A DNA stretch of 64,000 bases from an uncultured Clostridia bacterium (GCA_947589665.1 CANQBJ010000004.1:4591-68590); one strand, 5' to 3'. Shown: positions 55,343 through 64,000, counted from the first letter of the stretch. Numbers and translations are program-made. The notes: a model not told the origin generated them from the letters alone.

Positions 55343-55971
55343 AGGCAGTAATATTCGACTTTGACGGAACGATAGCGGACAGTACATATGTATGGAATAA
55401 GGTGGACAGGGATTTTTTTGCGCGCAGAGGTATGGAAGTACCGGATGACTATGTAGATGCCATAAGTACCATGAGCTTTTATAACGGAGCCGTTTACACA
55501 AAAGAAAAGTACAATATCAAAGAGAGCGTAGGAGATATTATGGAAGAGTGGAATACCCACGCTCTTAAGGAATATGAAAACAATGTTGTACTAAAGCCCT
55601 ATGTAAAAAACTACATATATAAACTAAGGCAGCAGGGAATTAAAATAGGACTTGCAACAGCGTCAAATCCTGAATTTTATCTGCCTGTTTTAAGGAGAGA
55701 GGGTATTATGAGCTTTTTTGATGCCTTTGCGGACGGCTCAGATAAAAATGTGAGAAATAAGGATTTTCCCGACATATATTTGCTCTGCGCCGAAAGGCTG
55801 AAAACGAAACCTCATTGCTGCAGAGTTTATGAAGACGTAATAAAGGGCATACTTTCGGCTAAGTCCGCGGGCATGGAGGTCATAGCCGTATACGATAAGG
55901 CAAACGACTGTAAATGGGAAGAAATAAAGGCTGCGGCTGATGGCTTTATAACGGATTTCAGCAATATATAG
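55339..55971 (+). CDS. HAD-superfamily hydrolase (beta-phosphoglucomutase-like subfamily IA)
   Basis: IFDFDGTIADS motif I and YEDVIKGILSAKSAGM motif III/IV. ATGA overlap with the tadA stop. Confidence 0.8.
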   Translation: MKAVIFDFDGTIADSTYVWNKVDRDFFARRGMEVPDDYVDAISTMSFYNGAVYTKEKYNIKESVGDIMEEWNTHALKEYENNVVLKPYVKNYIYKLRQQGIKIGLATASNPEFYLPVLRREGIMSFFDAFADGSDKNVRNKDFPDIYLLCAERLKTKPHCCRVYEDVIKGILSAKSAGMEVIAVYDKANDCKWEEIKAAADGFITDFSNI

Positions 55972-55998
55972 GCAATATAGGCAATATATAGGCAATAT
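55961..55998 (+). repeat. Four tandem GCAATAT(AT)AG units (11, 9, 11 bp, then a partial copy)
   Basis: GCAATATATAG GCAATATAG GCAATATATAG GCAATAT. The array spans the HAD stop codon and abuts the -35 of the SRP RNA promoter. Confidence 0.85.
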
Positions 55999-56002
55999 TT
56001 TA

Positions 56003-56031
56003 TTGACAAACCCACAAATTAATAGTAAAAT
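56003..56031 (+). promoter_or_regulatory. Sigma-A promoter of the SRP RNA gene
   Basis: TTGACA (56003-08), 17-nt spacer, TAAAAT (56026-31). The RNA 5' helix begins about 9 nt downstream. Confidence 0.7.
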
Positions 56032-56039
56032 AATATAGT

Positions 56040-56308
56040 CCTGTGCTAGCCGGGGAGGCAGCGGTGCCCTGTAGTCTGCAATCCGCTTTAGCAGAGTTTA
56101 TGTCCTTTGCCGAGGCATCAGTCTGTGGAGCTGCCTTGGACTATCCGATGTTGACGATTGAGTCTTACGCAATAGAACCTTGTGAACCGTGTCAGGTCCG
56201 GAAGGAAGCAGCACTAAGTAAGTCATTCTATGTGTCGTAAGGTAGCTTGATCCGAGTCGGGTACCCAAGTAACGTCTGTAGGCTGCTGTCAGAGCAGGAT
56301 GCACAGGA
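56040..56308 (+). ncRNA. ffs: Signal recognition particle RNA, long (Bacillus-type, Alu-domain-containing) form
   Basis: Conserved domain IV sequence GTCAGGTCCGGAAGGAAGCAGC. 5' CCTGTGC pairs with 3' GCACAGG. About 269 nt, downstream of tadA as in other Firmicutes. Confidence 0.9.
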
Positions 56309-56325
56309 TTTATAAATAGGAATTT

Positions 56326-56348
56326 ATCCCTTGCCTTTGGCAAGGGAT
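56326..56348. terminator. Hairpin terminator after the SRP RNA
   Basis: 10-bp stem ATCCCTTGCC/GGCAAGGGAT with loop TTT. Confidence 0.7.
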
Positions 56349-56673
56349 ATTTAGACTTTGGAAAAAACAATATTTTGACCGTAAATATGAATTAAAATAA
56401 AGAACAGCTTGCAAAAAGCGTCGCAGACTTTAATCCGCAGGAGGAATTCACTTCCTCCGAGGACAGGGACTTTACTGATATTTTGCACACTTGTCAAAAT
56501 ATCAGTAAACACGTCAGCACTTTCACTTTGTGAAAGCCAGCCTTCGGCTGTCCGATAAATCTTTCGGTGCAATGCTGGTCCCTACCATTGAATCGGAAAG
56601 ATTAATCCGACAGGGTATAAGCCCTGCTTTTACCGAAGGTAAAAGTTCTGATAGCTAACTGAAAGAAATGTCT

Positions 56674-57855
56674 TTAGGCATTTCTTTCAAGTAAATATTT
56701 ATACGACTTATCAATACATATTGCGCCGAAGGGCGCAGTGATCAGTATAGAAAGTACGGCAACGGTCAGCACTGTATTTCCGCAGGCAAGACCCATTGAA
56801 AGAGGCAGTGAGCCTATTGCCGCCTGTACAGTTGCCTTAGGGGTATAGGCAAGCATTGTAAACAGCCTTTCCTTTTTGTTAAGCTTAGTTCCAAGCACAG
56901 ATGTAAATACACCGCACATTCTGAAAACAAGGGCAAAAAGCACTATTACCACTGCAGCTGCTCCTGCGGCAAGGGCATAGCTTATGTCAACGGCAGCGCC
57001 TACAAGTACAAATAATACTATTTCTCCGAATATCCAAAGACTGTTATATACCTTTGATATTTCTTTTGCCTGACTTGGATTTACTCTGTTAAGTATTATC
57101 CCAGAGGACATTATTGCAAGAAGTCCCGAAACGGGTATAATACCCTCCAGCATATCCTCAAACGCTATGAGAAGAAATGAAGTACTGAGCATAATAAGTA
57201 CCTTAACTGTAGTGTTAAGCTTTGTTTTGGAGAAAAACATATTGAGACCAAGACCTACAGCTATACCTAAAAGTATGCCAAGTACTATTGAAACAGGTAT
57301 TTCGGCAAATAATACAGGTGAGACCTTTCCGCCTGAGGCAGCGGTAAGCAGGGCTGTGAACACAACTATGACAAACACATCATCTACAGAGGCGCCTGCC
57401 AGTATCATCTGAGGTATGCTTTTATTTGTGCCGTATTTGTTTTCTATAAGGCTTATCATTCTCGGCACAACAACAGCAGGAGAAACTGCCGCAATGACAG
57501 CGCCTATAAGACCTGCCTCCATAAGTGTAACATTTAAAAGCAAAGGGGCAATTATGAAAGCTCCGCATATTTCAAAGCAGGCGGGCAGAAAGCATAGCAG
57601 AAGGGCAGGACGGCCTGCCTTTTTAAGGTCGCTTATATCCAGTGTAAGACCTGCTCTTGTCAGTATTATAACAAGGGCGAACTGCCTTAAGTCTGCCGAA
57701 ATATCCAGTATGCCTCCTCTTAGTATATTAAGGGCATAAGGTCCTGCCAGTATACCCATAAATATCATACCTATAAGCGGCGGCAGCTTTAAAAGCCTTA
57801 AAATATAGCTGCCAATAAGTCCCAGTATCAGAATAATTGCCATATCTGTAAGCAT
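56674..57855 (-). CDS. Cation:proton antiporter (Na_H_Exchanger/CPA family)
   Basis: About 11-12 TM helices with a typical CPA N-terminus (LP.LIG.I..GIL.GP). ATG 57855 is preferred because AGAGG lies 8 nt upstream; the ORF-track start 57873 lacks an RBS. Confidence 0.85.
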   Translation of the reverse strand: MLTDMAIILILGLIGSYILRLLKLPPLIGMIFMGILAGPYALNILRGGILDISADLRQFALVIILTRAGLTLDISDLKKAGRPALLLCFLPACFEICGAFIIAPLLLNVTLMEAGLIGAVIAAVSPAVVVPRMISLIENKYGTNKSIPQMILAGASVDDVFVIVVFTALLTAASGGKVSPVLFAEIPVSIVLGILLGIAVGLGLNMFFSKTKLNTTVKVLIMLSTSFLLIAFEDMLEGIIPVSGLLAIMSSGIILNRVNPSQAKEISKVYNSLWIFGEIVLFVLVGAAVDISYALAAGAAAVVIVLFALVFRMCGVFTSVLGTKLNKKERLFTMLAYTPKATVQAAIGSLPLSMGLACGNTVLTVAVLSILITAPFGAICIDKSYKYLLERNA

Positions 57856-57968
57856 AAAAGTACCTCTTTTCATTTATATAATAAAAAAAGCCGATAATAC
57901 TCCTGTAAAGCAGAAGTCATCAGCTTAAAGCGGTTTAGTCCAAAGACAAGGGAGACGTTCATTCCCTG
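57856..57968 (-). promoter_or_regulatory. Structured 5' leader with intrinsic terminator upstream of the antiporter gene (candidate attenuator/riboswitch)
   Basis: Minus-strand promoter TTGACA (58003-57998), 17-nt spacer, TATACT (57980-57975). The leader holds a hairpin AGGGA..TCCCT, then a 14-bp interrupted stem (57924-57890) followed by U7 (57889-57883), just before the RBS. Confidence 0.55.
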
Positions 57969-58049
57969 TAAACAAGTATATTACTGTTTATGTTTTTTGT
58001 CAACAGCATATTTAAAATTTATATAAATATAATAATATGAGGTGATTTT

Positions 58050-60959
58050 ATGGCAGAACAGGGAAAGAGATCGGCTTGTATAACAGTAGGAAATGAAAAT
58101 GTGGGCGGACTTACGGGCGAGGGCGTCATCGTCGGTATAATAGATTCGGGAATAGAATATACCCACAGAGAGTTCAGAGAACGTATACTCTATATATGGG
58201 ATATCCCGCAGGACAGAGTGTATACAAAGGATGAAATAGACAGAGGCGATATAGGTCATATGGATACTAACGGCCACGGTACAGCAGTTGCGGGAATAGC
58301 CTGCGGAGAAAGAGGCGTTGCCTACAAAAGCTTTATAATAGCAGTTGCCATAAGACGAAATTCACAAGAGGATATTATGCGGGGAATAGAGTTTATAGCA
58401 GAAAAGGGCAGAGAGCTTGATATGCCTGCCGTTATAAATATTTCATACGGCACAAATTCAGGCTCACACAACGGACAGTCTGATTTTGAACAGTTTGTAG
58501 ACAGGATTGCGCAGGAATTTCCCGTAACAATAGTTATATCCAGCGGTAATGAAGGAGACAAATCCCATCATTACAGAGGACAGGGGAATAACGATGTGGA
58601 ATTTAATATAGGCGGCAGCCTGTCAGGTATACATATGGAACTGTGGAAAAACTTTGCTGATGAATATACATATGAAATAATATCTCCTAACGGCAGCACG
58701 GGAGGTGTGCTGGATGAAAATAACAAGTATTTTGATTTTATACTGAATAATACAAAGGTGACCATTACCGTAAATGATCCTCAGCCCAACAGAGTTGATC
58801 AGAGCATATATATAGACCTTAAGGGTATGCAGTTTGTAAATTCGGGCATATGGCGGCTCAGGATAAGGACTGTAAATGCGGTACAGGACGGCTACAGCAT
58901 ATGGATGCCCGTAGGCGAGGGCACAGACGAGAACACAAGGTTTTTATCACCTGAAATAAACACCACTCTTACAATACCTTCAACGGCATACAGGGCCTTG
59001 ACGGTAGGCGCATACAATTCGCAGACAGGGGTCATAGCGCCATTTTCAGGAAGAGGATATACAAGGGAGGTAGAGTATGTAAAGCCTGATATTGTCGCCC
59101 CCGGTGTAAATATTATAACGGCAGGCTTAGGCGGAGGCTACACCACATTCACAGGAACAAGCGCAGCGGCGCCCTTTGTAAGCGGTGCGGCGGCACTTCT
59201 TATGGAATGGGGAATAGTACAGGGCAACGACAGGAATATGTACGGCGAAAGACTTAAGGCATTTTTAAGGCGGTATGCTGCAAGGGACAGAAGTATGTCC
59301 TATCCCAACAGTAATTTTGGCTACGGAAAGCTGTGTCTTAAAAATGTCTACGATAATCTTATACCCGTATCTGCAATGAGAGTGAATACACAGAACAGCG
59401 AACAGATATCCATTATTGTAGAATACAGCGAAGTAAATGTGCTTATACTTGAAAGTATGGGGGCAAAATTCTGTCGGCTGGAATATGGTGATTTCATTAT
59501 TGTATATATAGACAGAAGCGAATATGAAAGAATGCTCAATAATCCAAGTCTGGGAAGAGGAACGCGGGCTTATACTCCTCTTTTGATGGGAATTATGGAT
59601 GAGCTTACCGATGCGGCGGATATAACTCTTGTACAGGAGCCTCCTCTTGAACTTAGGGGCAACAGAGTGCTTATAGCAATAATAGATACGGGCATCAATT
59701 ATAATGATGATGCATTCAAATATGAAAACGGCGACAGCAGAATATACTCAATATGGGTGCAGGATGAGGACTATACCGATGAAAACTCTTCGGTATGCTT
59801 TGGACGGGAATATACCAATGCCGAAATAACAGCGGGAAATATAAATGTGACTGATGAAGAAGGACATGGTACCGCACTTGCAAAAACGGTGCTTCAGGCG
59901 GCTCCCGACAGCGAGCTTGTCATAGTAAAGCTAAAGGGCGCAAGCAATTATTACAGAGAGCGTATGGGCATATCCGAAAACACAGCAGCCTATGAATCCT
60001 CCGATGTAATGCTGGGGATAGATTATGTAGTTGACAAGGCAAGAGAGGCAAGACGGCCTATTTCAATACTTATTGCGCTGGGAACCAATGAAGGCGGTCA
60101 TGACGGTCAGACCTTTCTTGAAAAATATATGTTCAATGTATCTGTCAAGCCGGGAGTATGTGTTACGGTAGCTGCGGGAAACGAGGCTCTGACACAGAGG
60201 CATACATCCTTTGATATAGGTGAAACAGGATATCGTGATACAGAAATAAGCATAGGAGAAAATGTTGAAGTTATGTCAATGTGGATGTGGAATAACATTG
60301 TAGACAGGGTAGATGTAGGCATTATACCGCCTATAGGCGAGAGCATAGGCAGAATTGAGTCGAGAAATAACTTTGTAGGCACATATTCGCTGCCACTTAT
60401 AGGCTCCGATGTGACCGTGGAGTACAGGATACCCTATTCCCAGACTACAAGTCAGCTTACGATCATAAGCATAAGACGGCCTATTGCGGGAGTGTGGAAA
60501 ATAAGGGTATACGGTACTTCAATTTATTCACGTATCAACTGCTGGCTGCCTATATCAAATCTTGTATCCAATATCACATTTTTATCTCCCGATACCGCCT
60601 CAACCGTTACTGTGCCGGGAACTCTCTATGAAATAATGACTGTAGGAGCTTATGACTACAAGGCAAGGGCCATGGTACCCACATCGGGTAGGGGTCCTAC
60701 ACGCTATAATATACTTAAGCCCGAAATTGCCGCGCCATCTACGGGAGCTACGAGCATAAGCGCCGCAGTGACAGCAGGCGCCGCTGCTTTGCTTTTGCAG
60801 TGGGGCATAATAAGAGGAAATGATTTCAATATGAATACTGCTACTGTTAAATCTATGCTTATAAGAGGTGCAGAACCGGTAGATGTGTCTGAAATATATC
60901 CCAATAATCTATGGGGCTTCGGTGTACTGAATTTATACAATACATTCAGCAATATATAA
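58050..60959 (+). CDS. Tandem-domain subtilisin-family (S8) protein, Csp-like (germination-protease-type), no signal peptide
   Basis: Domain 1: IIDSG, HGTAVAG, GTSAAAP. Domain 2: IIDTG, GHGTALA, ATSISAA. Both have the RI..IW motif after the Asp and about 290-300 aa between His and Ser. Confidence 0.8.
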   Translation: MAEQGKRSACITVGNENVGGLTGEGVIVGIIDSGIEYTHREFRERILYIWDIPQDRVYTKDEIDRGDIGHMDTNGHGTAVAGIACGERGVAYKSFIIAVAIRRNSQEDIMRGIEFIAEKGRELDMPAVINISYGTNSGSHNGQSDFEQFVDRIAQEFPVTIVISSGNEGDKSHHYRGQGNNDVEFNIGGSLSGIHMELWKNFADEYTYEIISPNGSTGGVLDENNKYFDFILNNTKVTITVNDPQPNRVDQSIYIDLKGMQFVNSGIWRLRIRTVNAVQDGYSIWMPVGEGTDENTRFLSPEINTTLTIPSTAYRALTVGAYNSQTGVIAPFSGRGYTREVEYVKPDIVAPGVNIITAGLGGGYTTFTGTSAAAPFVSGAAALLMEWGIVQGNDRNMYGERLKAFLRRYAARDRSMSYPNSNFGYGKLCLKNVYDNLIPVSAMRVNTQNSEQISIIVEYSEVNVLILESMGAKFCRLEYGDFIIVYIDRSEYERMLNNPSLGRGTRAYTPLLMGIMDELTDAADITLVQEPPLELRGNRVLIAIIDTGINYNDDAFKYENGDSRIYSIWVQDEDYTDENSSVCFGREYTNAEITAGNINVTDEEGHGTALAKTVLQAAPDSELVIVKLKGASNYYRERMGISENTAAYESSDVMLGIDYVVDKAREARRPISILIALGTNEGGHDGQTFLEKYMFNVSVKPGVCVTVAAGNEALTQRHTSFDIGETGYRDTEISIGENVEVMSMWMWNNIVDRVDVGIIPPIGESIGRIESRNNFVGTYSLPLIGSDVTVEYRIPYSQTTSQLTIISIRRPIAGVWKIRVYGTSIYSRINCWLPISNLVSNITFLSPDTASTVTVPGTLYEIMTVGAYDYKARAMVPTSGRGPTRYNILKPEIAAPSTGATSISAAVTAGAAALLLQWGIIRGNDFNMNTATVKSMLIRGAEPVDVSEIYPNNLWGFGVLNLYNTFSNI

Positions 60960-60962
60960 AAT

Positions 60963-60995
60963 AATAAGCTGCAATACCGCAGCTTATTATTTTTT
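60963..60995. terminator. Bidirectional terminator between the S8 gene and the XRE gene
   Basis: Stem AATAAGCTGC/GCAGCTTATT followed by ATTTTTT. Confidence 0.8.
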
Positions 60996-61211
60996 GGGAT
61001 ATTCGTTTTTTATGTTACTTGCCCCTGTTATATAGTCAAGAGATACATTATAAAACTTGGCAAGTATTAAAAGACTGTCAACGGGTATACGGGTTTTGCC
61101 GCTTTCGTAATCGGCATATGTTCTTTGTCCTATATGGAGAATATCGGCTATGTTCTGTTGGGTCAATAAGCGATCTTCCCGCATTTCTCTTATTCTTTCG
61201 TTGTAATTCAT
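60987..61211 (-). CDS. XRE-family HTH transcriptional regulator (74 aa)
   Basis: Cro/C1 HTH LTQQNIADILHIGQRTYADYESGKTRIP. Confidence 0.8.
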   Translation of the reverse strand: MNYNERIREMREDRLLTQQNIADILHIGQRTYADYESGKTRIPVDSLLILAKFYNVSLDYITGASNIKNEYPKK

Positions 61212-61395
61212 AATATCACCTCATAAAAGTAATACTGCTCCTCCTAATTCAATTATAAAGTAAAAAATAAAATTTCTTGACAAATAGAGTTATAATCTCT
61301 ATAATTATAAGCTGTCAGAGTGTATTACTCTGAGAATATGAATTTTCCTATATATGCCGCAAAAGAGGAGTAATTATAAAACAGGAAATAAAAAA

Positions 61396-61419
61396 GAGGG
61401 CAGAAGAAATTCTGCCCTC
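61396..61419 (-). terminator. Intrinsic terminator after the rubrerythrin gene
   Basis: Stem GAGGGCAGAA/TTCTGCCCTC. The plus-strand A-run at 61390-95 gives a U-run on the minus-strand transcript. Confidence 0.8.
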
Positions 61420-61446
61420 AGACTTTTAATAAGCAAGACTTATGTA

Positions 61447-61992
61447 TCAGCCGAAGTATCTCTTAAGTAAGCCGTTGAATGCACAGCCATGTCTTGCCTC
61501 ATCTCTTGCCATTTCATGAACTGTGTCATGTATAGCGTCAAGATTCTGCTCCTTAGCCATTTTAGCAAGCTTAAGCTTACCCTCTGTAGCGCCGTGTTCA
61601 GCCATAACTCTTAATTCAAGATTTTTCTTGGTGGAATCTGTAACAACTTCACCTAAAAGCTCTGCAAACTTAGCGGCGTGCTCAGCCTCTTCATAAGCTA
61701 TTCTCTTGTATGCCTCTGCAACTTCGGGATAGCCTTCTCTGTCAGCTACTCTGCTCATTGCAAGATACATACCTACTTCTGAACACTCACCGTTGAAGTT
61801 ATCTCTGAGGCCCTGTACGATCTCAGGATCAACGCCGTCGATTATACCTACCTGATGCTCGCAAGCCCAGTTTAAATTAGCCTCTTCAACTACCTTGAAC
61901 TTAGAACCGGGAACACCGCACTGCGGACACTTATCGGGAGGGCAGTCACCCTCGTGAACATAACCGCAAACGGGACAGACAAATTTCTTCAT
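61447..61992 (-). CDS. rbr: Reverse rubrerythrin (N-terminal rubredoxin-like domain + diiron ferritin-like domain)
   Basis: CPVCGY...CPQCG at the N-terminus, followed by ExxH diiron motifs (EEAEHA, DEARHG). Confidence 0.92.
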   Translation of the reverse strand: MKKFVCPVCGYVHEGDCPPDKCPQCGVPGSKFKVVEEANLNWACEHQVGIIDGVDPEIVQGLRDNFNGECSEVGMYLAMSRVADREGYPEVAEAYKRIAYEEAEHAAKFAELLGEVVTDSTKKNLELRVMAEHGATEGKLKLAKMAKEQNLDAIHDTVHEMARDEARHGCAFNGLLKRYFG

Positions 61993-62016
61993 AATTTAGA
62001 TCCTCCTTGATATAAT

Positions 62017-62031
62017 TGATAATTATTATCG
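62017..62031. promoter_or_regulatory. Fur-family (PerR-type) box in the rubrerythrin promoter region
   Basis: TGATAAT-T-ATTATCG (inner 6-1-6 perfect), located between the minus-strand promoter (TTGACT 62071-66, 17 nt, TATAAT 62048-43) and the RBS. Confidence 0.6.
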
Positions 62032-62159
62032 TTTGTAATATAATTATAACATTGCAGATATATAAAGTCAAGAGTTTTTGCGCAATAATATAAATTATTA
62101 AACAAGAAAATAAAGATATGTTGACAACAGGACTAAATAATGATATAGTTAAGATAATA

Positions 62160-62372
62160 CAAGGATAGAGGTGCATTTACATCAGTAGATTAATAGATGC
62201 CGCAGAGGGCAGCCGATATTAATTGAAAGGGGAAGATGCCGAAGAATACAGCCTCTCTGACAAGCTGTGTTCTGGTTGCTGCAGCCAACAGCTCAGCGAC
62301 TGTCATTGTGTATGCAATGGAGAGCTATCTGTGTAAGTTTCTTCACAGATTGGCTTTTGTCAATCTTTTTTA
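62160..62372 (+). promoter_or_regulatory. Lysine riboswitch (L-box) with terminator, controlling asd-dapA
   Basis: AGAGGTGC start, GAAAGGGGAAGATGCCGAAG, ACTGTCA...AATGGAGAGCTATC. Terminator AGATTGGC/GTCAATCT plus T-run (62347-71). Promoter TTGACA (62121-26), 17 nt, TATAGT (62144-49). Confidence 0.88.
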
Positions 62373-62396
62373 TTTTTAATTTAGGAGTGTATTGAG

Positions 62397-63479
62397 ATGA
62401 AAAGTTTTAATGTAGGTATTATTGGCGCAACGGGTATGGTAGGTCAGAGATTTACTCTCCTTCTGGATAAGCATCCGTGGTTTAACGTAGTGGCAGTTGC
62501 GGCTAGTCCTCGTTCAGCAGGTAAAAAGCTTAAGGATGCCATTGGTTCAAGATGGGCTATGACAGAACCGCTGCCTGAGGCTATAGGCGAGCTTGTTGTT
62601 ATGGATGCTGCGGCAGATGTTGATAAGATTGCAGGAATGGTAGACTTTGTATTCTGCGCAGTAGATATGAAAAAGGATGAAATAAGAGCATTGGAAGAAA
62701 GATATGCAAAAGCTGAATGCCCGGTTGTAAGCAATAACTCAGCGCACAGATTTACTCCCGATGTTCCTATGGTAGTGCCTGAGTTGAATCCCGAACATAT
62801 AGAGATAATAGATGCTCAGAGAAAGCGTTTAGGCACTAAGAGAGGCTTTATCGCAGTTAAGTCCAACTGCTCTATTCAGAGCTATGTTCCTGCACTTCAT
62901 CCTCTGAGAAGGTTTGGTATCAAGAATGTACTTGCCTGTACATATCAGGCAATTTCAGGCGCAGGCAAGACCTTTAATACCTGGCCAGAAATGGTAGATA
63001 ATCTTATACCGTATATAGGCGGCGAGGAAGAGAAGTCCGAGCAGGAGCCATTGAAGGTATGGGGCAAAATAAACGGCTATGTTATAGAAAATGCAGCAAC
63101 ACCCAATATCACTACTCAGTGCTTAAGGGTAGCGGTTTCAGACGGACATACTGCCGCCGTATTTGTAAGCTTTGAGAATAAGCCCTCCAAGGAAGAGATA
63201 CTTAAGCTTTGGAGAGAATTCAGCGGTGTTCCTCAGGCTCTTAAGCTGCCATCTGCTCCAAAGCAGTTTATACATTATTTTGAAGAAGATGACAGACCCC
63301 AGGCTAAGCTTGACAGAATGCTTGAAAACGGTATGGCGGTTTCCGTAGGCAGATTAAGGGAAGACAGCCAGTATGACTACAAGTTTGTATGTCTTTCACA
63401 CAATACGTTAAGAGGTGCGGCAGGCGGCGCCGTTCTTATGGCAGAGCTGCTTGCAGAAAAAGGCTATTTTGACAGATAG
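62397..63479 (+). CDS. asd: Aspartate-semialdehyde dehydrogenase
   Basis: GATGMVGQR Rossmann motif and the active-site SNCS region. Confidence 0.93.
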   Translation: MKSFNVGIIGATGMVGQRFTLLLDKHPWFNVVAVAASPRSAGKKLKDAIGSRWAMTEPLPEAIGELVVMDAAADVDKIAGMVDFVFCAVDMKKDEIRALEERYAKAECPVVSNNSAHRFTPDVPMVVPELNPEHIEIIDAQRKRLGTKRGFIAVKSNCSIQSYVPALHPLRRFGIKNVLACTYQAISGAGKTFNTWPEMVDNLIPYIGGEEEKSEQEPLKVWGKINGYVIENAATPNITTQCLRVAVSDGHTAAVFVSFENKPSKEEILKLWREFSGVPQALKLPSAPKQFIHYFEEDDRPQAKLDRMLENGMAVSVGRLREDSQYDYKFVCLSHNTLRGAAGGAVLMAELLAEKGYFDR

Positions 63480-63490
63480 GAGGTATTTAT

Positions 63491-64000
63491 ATGAAGAAAA
63501 CTTTATTTACAGGGGCAGGAGTTGCCATTGTTACTCCTTTTAATGAGGATAAGAGCGTTAATTTTGATGCACTTGGCAATATGCTGGAATACCAGATAGC
63601 AAATGGGACCGATGCCATCATAATATGCGGCACTACAGGTGAGGCGTCTACATTAAGCGATGATGAGCAGATAGAAGTAATAAAGTATACTGTTGACAAG
63701 ACGGCAGGCAGAATACCTGTTATTGCAGGCGCAGGCAGCAATGATACGGAACACGGAAAGGTGCTGTGCAGAAGATGTCAGGAGGTCGGCGCAGACGGAC
63801 TTCTCATCGTAACACCTTATTATAACAAGACTACACAGAAGGGTCTTGTAAAGTACTATACAGAAATGGCAGGCGCAGCAGACCTTCCTATCATAATGTA
63901 TTCAATTGCAGGCAGAACAGGTGTAAATATTATGCCTAAGACTGCCGCCGAAATAGCTAAGATAGAAAATGTAGTAGGTATAAAGGAGGCAAGCGGAAAT
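63491..64000 (+). CDS. dapA: 4-hydroxy-tetrahydrodipicolinate synthase (3' end outside window)
   Basis: [10 protein letters not shown] and [11 protein letters not shown] motifs. AGGAGG RBS. The frame is open to the window end and is not in the ORF track because it has no stop. Confidence 0.92.
   Translation, partial: MKKTLFTGAGVAIVTPFNEDKSVNFDALGNMLEYQIANGTDAIIICGTTGEASTLSDDEQIEVIKYTVDKTAGRIPVIAGAGSNDTEHGKVLCRRCQEVGADGLLIVTPYYNKTTQKGLVKYYTEMAGAADLPIIMYSIAGRTGVNIMPKTAAEIAKIENVVGIKEASGN

Noticed and set aside
55961-55998. The GCAATAT tandem units as a possible mini-CRISPR.
   Set aside because: The units are 9-11 bp with no spacers, far below CRISPR repeat and spacer sizes, and no cas genes are present.
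56351-56572. 73-aa minus-strand ORF in the SRP RNA-antiporter spacer.
   Set aside because: It reads through the hairpin array, has no RBS and its composition is not protein-like. The region is better explained as structured non-coding DNA or RNA.

Overview
AT-rich, low-GC Firmicutes (class Clostridia) chromosomal segment. It comes from a spore-former (spoVT, a Csp-like tandem subtilase) that also encodes cohesin/dockerin modules, so a Ruminococcus/Oscillospiraceae-like gut anaerobe is my guess. That guess cannot be verified without a database search.

Most of the window is conserved housekeeping:
- hprK-glcK-murB-rapZ-whiA-crh
- T-box-valS
- mreB and topB
- miaB-ylbF-mutS-mutL
- scpAB and metY
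- citrate synthase-like/IDH pair
- tadA and SRP RNA
- L-box-asd-dapA

Three accessory patches stand out:
1. 15.3-18.9 kb: an HTH regulator, an atypical membrane Ser/Thr kinase, a Mor-like regulator and membrane proteins of unknown function.
2. 21.5-25.6 kb: a two-gene cohesin/dockerin surface-display module carrying a BspA-type LRR protein.
3. 40.5-49.9 kb, the most unusual: a three-operon redox island. Cytoplasmic NAD(P)H flavoenzymes sit beside Sec-exported, lipid- or wall-tethered flavodoxin-like proteins, an exported DUF362 protein and an ArsP-like permease. The island has duplicated palindromic promoter/operator cassettes and several gene remnants.

Candidate cis-regulatory or structured RNAs are also flagged: a leader upstream of a cation/proton antiporter and a hairpin array next to the SRP RNA.

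All calls rest on motif recognition in the supplied translations and on hand indexing of the DNA. Hairpin and operator coordinates may be off by 1-2 nt. No database search, covariance model or folding program was run.
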